NCBI RefSeq assembly: GCF_001194135.2
Contig: NC_068984.1
Coordinates: forward strand, 63,534,935-63,595,006
Origin: Octopus bimaculoides
Taxonomy: Eukaryota
DNA length: 60,072 nt
Direction of reading: 5' to 3'
Shown here piece by piece: positions 52,166 through 60,072 of this stretch. Within the stretch, counting starts at the first letter, position 1; each line of letters starts with the position of its first letter. The translations under genes were made by a program, and so were the position numbers. The notes beneath the pieces were generated by a model, which made no database searches, was not told the origin of the DNA, and was given only the letters and a program-made list of their open reading frames with translations.

Positions 52166-52802
52166 AGTAATGTTCGTAGCGACTTCATCATGGCAGCCCG
52201 TTCGAACGGACTTTACTGCGATTATTTTAACCCCAACAGGACATCTCGTCTATGTGGTTAACGTTGCACAGCTCTGCCAACTTCTAGCGACGGGGCTAAC
52301 AGACTAGTCTGGTTCGGGGCTATTCCTGCTACTCTTAGCCCTGAGCACCTCCTCTGCTAGAGATGGCAGTAGCTCGCCTCTGCATGCAATATGTATAATT
52401 TCAAGTGACATGCAGTCGCTGATTTTGAAACAAGGAAAAATGCTAGTTCTAAACAGCTTCTAAGAGATCAACGCAGTAGTTGTGCTAACAATATCTCGGA
52501 TGCAGCTGTGCATTTTTAACCAGTTAGAGGAGACGGTCTCTTGGGGTTAAAAAATCGTAGTGATGTCTGGTCAAACGGACAGCTACGTTGAAGCGGCTAT
52601 GAACATTACTCGTTATTACAACTATTACGTTGATCTCTTAGTGGGATTTTAGAACTAATATGTTTGCTTATTGCAAAATTAGCGACTGTATGTCGCTTAA
52701 AATTATATATATTATGAGTAGAGGCGAGCTACTGCCATCTCTAGCAGATGAGGCGTCTAGTACTGAAGAGAGACAGAAATAGCCCCAAACCAGGCTGGTC
52801 TG
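52166..52802. repeat. Two inverted, circularly permuted copies of an unclassified ~320-bp unit (B+ A+ B- A-)
   Basis: A+ 52300-52489 vs A- 52612-52802 includes a perfect 29-bp match (52353-52381 / 52720-52748); B+ 52166-52273 vs B- 52504-52610; roughly 75-80% identity by eye. Confidence 0.9.
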
Positions 52803-52813
52803 ATTATAAGAAT

Positions 52814-52814
<1 letters not shown>

Positions 52815-52882
<68 letters not shown>
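52815..52882. repeat. (ACT)n-(AAT)n compound microsatellite
   Basis: Direct reading. Confidence 0.95.
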
Positions 52883-52887
<5 letters not shown>

Positions 52888-53434
52888 GCCCTGATGCAGT
52901 ACCAGACAGTGGATCTTATGGCTTCTCACCTTAACTGATAGGAAGTGTTAACATGTACTTTGATTTGTCTTGGTATAAAAGATGGGCTACAGCAAATATT
53001 CTGCTTAATATTTGCTTGTCAGTTGTTTGACCATAACCAGTTGAGAATGTCCCTTGGTGGTTGACGATATGTGCATCTCTGATCATGAGCAGAAGTAGTG
53101 GGGGAGCATCATAGCCATGTGTTGAGAGGATTTCTTTGGGGTTTGAATAATTCACCTTTGGAAATATGGGTGTTTTGCTCAACATCCTTTAACAAACCTT
53201 ATTCAGGGACCTTTTGAGCGGGATGGGCGACTCGACCTGAAGAAAATTCTAACTGGGCCCCACCTGCAAGGTCATGCGCTGTTTATCTTGACATGAGATC
53301 ACCATGTCGCGCACATATGGTTGTGATGCATGTGACTGGTGTACCCTTATCAGACGGGTATTCATGATGGGTATAATGGGCTTCGTATATTTTACCCCAG
53401 TGTCACTTTGATGGCATGCCCTGCTCTCTCACTC
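52883..53434. mobile_element. Unclassified 552-bp non-coding dispersed element embedded in (AAT)n
   Basis: GC-richer than its flanks, sharp (AAT)n boundaries on both sides, a second partial copy at 27884-28046, no TIRs or meaningful ORF. Confidence 0.7.
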
Positions 53435-53459
53435 AATAATAATAATAATAATAATAATG

Positions 53460-53495
<36 letters not shown>

Positions 53496-53519
53496 GTAAT
53501 AATAGTAATAATAATAATG

Positions 53520-53571
<52 letters not shown>

Positions 53572-53625
53572 TACCAACAACAAATGCAACAACAACAATA
53601 ATGATAGTCATATCAATAATAATAA
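53435..53625. repeat. (AAT)n array degenerating to (AAC)n
   Basis: Direct reading; source of the poly-N/I/L pseudo-ORFs. Confidence 0.95.
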
Positions 53626-53626
53626 A

Positions 53627-54246
53627 AGACCAGACCATCAAAGCTAATAAACCAAATGTTGTTGTGAATGTCCAAAATAATAAAATTTGTTTATTGATTG
53701 ACATGAGCATACCTTGTGAACATAATATCTCCGCAAAAGAATTTGATAAGCTCAGAAAATACAAAGATTTGTTGATTGAAATCGAAAATATGTAGCATCT
53801 CAAGGTGGTTAAAACACCAGTGATTATAGGAGTACGTGGAATGAACATAAAAGGAACTGAAAATTATTTGAAGATGACCCTTGGCTTACCGTCCATGCGA
53901 GAAATTCAAAGGATTGTCTTAACTGGTACGTCATTCATATTGGGAAGAACATTGTAACCGTTAATTTTCTTTCCTTTTTTCCCTTTACTATCTTAGTTTT
54001 CCTTTACTAATTTTTTTTCTTTATTCTTCTATCTTCTTCTCTGTCTTTTTTCCATCACATGTGTTTTTAAATGGACCATCTGATGTCGTTATTTTAATGT
54101 ACCCATTAATGCATACATTAAAAAGTATACAGTGAGTACACCAATGTATACAGTGAGTTTCTTTGCTCCAGGTGTCGGGAAGACACTCAGCAAGAAATGG
54201 AAACAAAATTAAAATAAGAGTATAATGGTAACAATTATAATAATAA
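53627..54246 (+). mobile_element. 5'-truncated R4/Dong-like element (REL endonuclease C-terminus + 3' UTR)
   Basis: DQTIKANKPNVVV..ICLLIDMSIPCEHNISAKEFDKLRKYKDLLIEIENM*HLKVVKTPVIIGVRG...IQRIVLTGTSFILGRTL* (stop at 53955-53957). The 3' boundary at a short aataataac is inferred. Confidence 0.85.
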
Positions 54247-54370
54247 CGTGACGCTGACGATGACTTTGATGACCATGATGATGACAAAGACTATGATGAC
54301 GGTGATAATGATGAGGATGTCGATGATGATCATGACGATGATGGTGATGATGAAAATGAAGATGTTAATG
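54240..54370. repeat. Degenerate (GAT)n tract
   Basis: gatgac/gatgat repeats. Confidence 0.85.
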
Positions 54371-55669
54371 AGGATTAAAAACTATGATGGTGAGTTTATA
54401 GTACAAGTGGTATTGGGGCAAATGAAATCAAGAAAATGTGAATTAAGCTTTTCGTGATATGATAGAGTTAAGAATTTAATTAAAATAATATGACAATCAT
54501 AATCAAAATTGCATTTAGTCCTGTGTCCCACTCACCCACCCCATATTAAGGTTTGTCGCAACGACTGTGCTCATTGGCATATTTTTGTAAGTAGATGGTA
54601 AAACTTCAACGGCCGTAAATGCTCATAGCATGCATTTCAAGAATTTTCTCTCAATCTATCATATTCTATAGATAAATCGTGGTTCCAGATTAATTGGTCA
54701 TCAGGACGTAGCTTGATTTAAAAAATATGGTCATCAGCTCTGCGCTACTCAACTTTACGACTGATTTTGTTCCATGGGTATACATATATATGTACGTATG
54801 CATGTATATATGTGAGTATGCGTGTATGTCTGCGGATGTGTATGAGGGGTGTATGTGTGTGTGTTTCCGTGTGCGTAAAGTTGACCAGAAAATACTCATA
54901 AAGAGGAGGTTATGCTAGTAAGTCCGATTAAGAAATAAGTGTAATTGTTTTTCCCCGTAAAATCTATAATCTCGCTGAAGATTTGAGATTTAACAAACCT
55001 GTGTTTAATCGTACAACTCTATTGTTTTAATATCATAAACACCATAATTGAAACTAAGGGAAAAAAACTTAGTTAATAGAGAGAATTAATAAGTAAAATA
55101 AATGTAACTGCTTTACAATTTGTGAAGATAAATGCATTAAAAAACAATGCAAAATGAAATGGAATGCAAAATAATCAGTGGACAATTTATTAAGCACAAA
55201 AACAACAAAGGACAAAACGAAAACGTATAGAAATTTGTAACAACAGCATATATGTCATTTATAAAGATGTCAAAGACAAAGATTTTCAAAGCAAAATACT
55301 GCTTTCCATGATCAAACATTACCACAGACTTTTCAGTTTCTATATTTTTCCTCTCTTTAAACATGAACATATAAATATAATCTTTATTTAGAATATACTG
55401 TGACAAACTTCATACAACAATATGTCAGTGACTAAATTCAAATCTAAAGATCATAGAAAATGTGTCAGACACTGATGCCAAACATAATAGATATTGATTT
55501 TTACGCTGACGACGAATGGTTTCATTATTATTCATTTTATTTCTTCTTGCTCACAAGCCTATGATGTTCTGATGTTGTTTCCATGACATTTGTTCAGGTT
55601 ATAACTTGTTAAATTACAATGTATATATATATATATACATACAGACACACACGCACATATATATTACTT

Positions 55670-55805
<136 letters not shown>

Positions 55806-56045
55806 GGTATATATGTTCATATATATTACGCACTCAAAGGAATGAGGAGGAATGTATTACACTTATTAATTAGTTACGATCGTTTGATAATTAGTGAAAT
55901 TGTTACATCAATTAGCACACTGATATATATACAAATAAAAATATTATGCAAATACATACATTAAAGAAATAAATGAAAATTCCATCACTTCAGAGTGGTC
56001 ATAAGACTAATATCTGTATTTATTTGATTAATGAAATATAATGGA

Positions 56046-56076
<31 letters not shown>

Positions 56077-59000
56077 CATACGCACACATATATATTCATA
56101 TGTATATATATGTGTGTATGTGTGTGTGTGTCAGCATGTGCACGTGTGTAAGTGTGTATACTTGTGTATAAACATCGGTTGCCGACAATGGATGATATAC
56201 TATATCTCATCATTTTGGCTTATCAATACCAGAGAAAAGTAGAAGCATGTATGTGTGTGCACGTGTGTGCGTGATGCGTGTGTGCGTGTGTGTGTGCGTG
56301 TGTGTGTGTGATACATTTGATAATATTGATAGACTGTTATTAAAGCTAATAATCACAATAACCGAATGGATTAGAGACAGCTGATGCGAAATATCTTACA
56401 TCATTTGGGATAACAGGAAATTTAACAACATACATTCTCTTGAAGTGTAACATACAGTTTAACTGACATCAATTTACGAGAGGAACCAGAAACCATGTTA
56501 TGTTGAGATGTTCATATAATTGAAACAGTTTATTTGCAACAAACGAAGTTCCACGTCTTTGACTTCTAGAATTATTTTGAGTGTTTATTTTCTGTTGGAG
56601 ACTAGCTTGTAATGGAGATTATATCGTAATGATATCTAAACTATATAACAGAAGTGCCATATATCCATCCGAATGATGTTCTGTAATAATCATATAAATC
56701 TCATTAAGAGCAAAGTCTTTAACTTTGAAGGTGCCATTAACTTAACTGAGGACGAATTTCGAGGTACAGCCATAGACCTAGAGCTCAATACATGGGAGCC
56801 AAATTTTCATTTCTTTAAATAAATAAAACTATATAGAGAAATAATCTCGCCGCCACTACCTTTGCTTTACTAATGACTGATATATAATATTCGAATTATA
56901 ATCTGTTATCAACCTTCTTCAAATCAGATTTTCGATAAGACCCTTTAGTAAATCAAGCCGAATAAGTAGCTGTAAGCAATCGTAATCCAGAAACATAAAG
57001 GTAATACGGGTAAAAGAAAATTTATTACCCATGAATGTGATATAGACTGCAGCCGCTTCTATGTGAATATCAAAATTAATATAGTAAGCTTATTTCATAT
57101 AAAGTTAATATAGGTCATCTCCGCCATCGTTCTGAATATTAAGAGAATTATTGGATAAAACGCTTGGCCCTGCAAGATAAGCATTTCCTCGACACTCGTA
57201 TGTAAAAAGAAAAAGAAAATTCAATCGGTGCCGCTTAAAGATAACCTGTTGCTGGTATGCAGCACGACGCTAATCAACGTACGTAAATGTAAGTGGGATA
57301 CTCAAAATCGGTCATCCGGAAGCTGAAATTTTTGCAGTATGTCAAAACACCCGCATTAATATTTCAGATAGCACTGTTCAGTCATACTAATGAGAACGAC
57401 CGATAGCATAGTTACACACTTGCATCTAAAGGTCTCACGCAGATATATTATAAGTGTAAGTCATGTTTTTACACACGCTGGCTAGAGTAATCTCATGTAG
57501 ATAACCAACTACTTATAAGATATAACAGGACAGATTATCGTCTGCAGTAGCAAATCGATGGTGTTCGACTGGTTGAAATCATATATAAAAGCATCAAAAA
57601 AGCCGTAAATTTTGTAAGGAGAGAAGAACAACACCCCTGCTTCAATCAAAATTAATCAGCGAGCTGTCAAACTCTCAAAATGATATATTTGCTCGGTGAC
57701 CTGCAAGTATAGGCTCCTTCTGTTCTCTTAGATTATCCCTGAAATGATTGAGCGGTTACAGGCATTTTTCGTGGCCTCAATGGACGTATTCTTTAACACA
57801 CAATTACACACTAACAACTCGGCACTATTTCTTATATAGCAAGGCTAACTATTAGTGACAAGTTATAACATTCCTAGACTCAATATTCCTGGTCTTATAT
57901 CTAATAAGTTGTCATAAGTGCTTTATATAGTCCAAAGAAATAAATCAAATAATAAACTTCCAAGCTTTTCCCTTCCTCATATTTAACATTCCACCTTCCA
58001 TCTTACGTACATTTCTACACAGAATTCAATGACATGTGCCGCAGAACATAGAATATTGATGATATTCGTTAAGACGAATGCTATCTGCCAATAAATACAC
58101 ATCTACAAAGAAATTTATTCTCGTGCTTTAGAGATTAAAGTACTTTTCTGAAACACATACCTTCACACAAATTTTAACCTACTGCTGATATCCATACACA
58201 TATATATACATGCATTTATATGCGCGCACACACAACTATATACACATTTGTATATCTCTGTCTCTACTGACATGCATACACACACATGACTATGAAATGT
58301 GTTCTACTATATATTGCTGTATATGTCCACATGAGAAATTTTCCGACACAAAGTTATTGCATAAAGGGAGGAATTATGAAAATATGTTGGTGTATTTTAC
58401 TTCATTTAATTATTTTTTCATCAATTATTGTCGAGCACTAAAAAGATTCCAATTAGTGTTCTTGATAACCAACATAATGTATTTTTATCTAGTAAAACGT
58501 AAAATTGATTATACTTGTGCATGTATACATGGATTTTTACTTTGTAAGATTGAAATGATACTGTTATAAAAGTACAACTCTCAACTTCAACCAGACCACA
58601 CTAAATAAACTAGCACTTTAACGAAGATATTATTCTTCAAATTATGAACACAAAATCGTCTTGAATATTAAAGAAAAATAATTATTAAAAGATGGTGTTT
58701 CTTTGAAGCAAGTATTGCAACTGTACAAATTAAGCGGTACGATATTACAAAAAGTCACCGTCATTTTTTCACATTCAAATTCATTTTAAAATATATGATT
58801 ACAAAACATGCTTTACATTCACACTAGTCTATCGATAACATGGTGACAACTTAATTGAATTCTTTAATTTCCTGGCATTTATAAATGCTAGCGCTGTAAT
58901 ATTGTAAAAGTAGTGACCAATACTTCTAAAATGTGATGTGCATGCTCAATATTTTTGTAGCTTACTCTACTAATATTAAGCCGTGGAGTGCAACATAACA

Positions 59001-59118
59001 GCATACGAATAACGCCAACAAAATGTTTCTTCGGTCGTTCCAGTTATCACTAATAACGTGTGAAAAACATAATTTCATTTGCCTAATTGTAATTAACTGC
59101 ATTGTAGATGAAGTTACA

Positions 59119-59212
59119 TCTTCTTCTTCTTCTTCTTCTTCTTCTTCTTCTTCTTCTTCTTCTTCTTCTTCTTCTTCTTCTTCTTCTTCTTCTTCTTCTT
59201 CTTCTTCTTCTT
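59119..59212. repeat. (TCT)n microsatellite
   Basis: Pure run into the gap at 59213. Confidence 0.95.
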
Positions 59213-59325
59213 NNNNNNNNNNNNNNNNNNNNNNNNNNNNNNNNNNNNNNNNNNNNNNNNNNNNNNNNNNNNNNNNNNNNNNNNNNNNNNNNNNNNNNNN
59301 NNNNNNNNNNNNNNNNNNNNNNNNN

Positions 59326-59639
59326 TAGTTTTATTTTTATAACGTGCTTTCACTTCACTACCGAGCGCAGCTCTGTGTGCCTTGGGTATGTGCTGTGGTT
59401 TGCTGTGGTGCTCTTATGTTTACTGTATTGAAAGTGTTTTGCCTTAGAATGTGTGCAATTTTCTGTATGTTATATATATTTGTAAGTCCTGGTGTTTTTC
59501 TTATGTATTTGTCTGAAATTTTTTTTATTATACCTAAGGCACCTATCTCAATTTCCAGGTCTTTGTATTTTGAAAGTTTTTCCATTTCTTTTAGAGAAAC
59601 GTTGTCATCAGCTGGTATTCATACATCAATTAGAAAGCA
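59326..59639 (-). mobile_element. 5'-truncated R4/Dong-like element (REL C-terminus + 3' UTR)
   Basis: CFLIDV.IPADDNVSLKEMEKLSKYKDLEIEI|GALGIIKKISDKYIRKTPGLTNIYNIQKIA.HILR, with a short internal deletion between EIEI and GALG relative to the other two copies. Confidence 0.87.
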
Positions 59640-59667
59640 TTTATTATAATTATTATTATTATTATTA

Positions 59668-59698
<31 letters not shown>

Positions 59699-59707
59699 CA
59701 ATAATAT
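59640..59707. repeat. (TTA)n array at the 5' junction of the Dong-like fragment
   Basis: Direct reading; (TAA)n on the element strand. Confidence 0.95.
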
Positions 59708-60072
59708 TAATACGCTAACAAAGGAAGTGAAAGAGATACATAGACACAACAAATATTGGGTATCAGTTTCACTTGCCATTACCACCCGATGAAAAGATTA
59801 ACTCCCAAATGGCTGAGTACTCCACAGAGATGCATAACATTAACGTAGTTCTCAGGGAGATTCAACCTTACATAGAAAATGACAAGGCTGGCCCCTGCAA
59901 ATTACAGCTACAACTCGAGACATATATACATGAATATATATATATATACATGTGTGTGTGTGTGTGTGTGTGTGTAGTCTAGGTTAGTTAAAACATGTTT
60001 GCAATAATAAGTGTTGCGTGGTGGAAATAAACGTAATTACCAAACTTCATAAATCCATTTATTATTTCGTTC

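Noticed and set aside
54672-54740. Two ctgatgacca motifs 33 nt apart on the minus strand (possible tandem hammerheads)
   Set aside because: No intact GAAA after stem II in either copy.

Overview
AT-rich eukaryotic genomic DNA from a gappy short-read scaffold. There are 15 N-gaps totalling about 6.0 kb (975-1951, 5201-5564, 8207-8347, 16147-16172, 18111-18356, 18869-19356, 23702-23711, 34823-35601, 36408-36506, 38919-39027, 40998-41762, 42580-43183, 48570-49516, 51751-52126, 59213-59325), nearly all bordered by microsatellites. The tRNA-derived SINEs and extreme TA/CA/GATA/AAT microsatellite density point to an octopus (inference from recalled repeat families, not a database search). No host protein-coding gene can be called with confidence; the window reads as intergenic or intronic, with a few low-confidence candidate exons on the + strand. 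Most listed ORFs are microsatellite or N artefacts. The real content is decayed mobile DNA: at least 8 related SINE loci (six with readable target-site duplications), four Tc1/mariner relics (rosa/maT-like, maT-like, two mariner), three R4/Dong-like REL-endonuclease retrotransposon relics next to (TAA)n arrays, a CR1-like fragment, a Penelope-like RT fragment and an unclassified 552-bp element embedded in (AAT)n. The most unusual structures are: an inverted and circularly permuted repeat pair (52152-52802) whose arms cross like a giant pseudoknot; a SINE dimer enclosed by one TSD (45724-46118); an (AAT)n hub hosting several elements (52815-54246); a candidate recursive splice site (10869-10877); and a transposon with mutually inverted GATA arrays on its flanks. 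I see no evidence for a new protein-based system.
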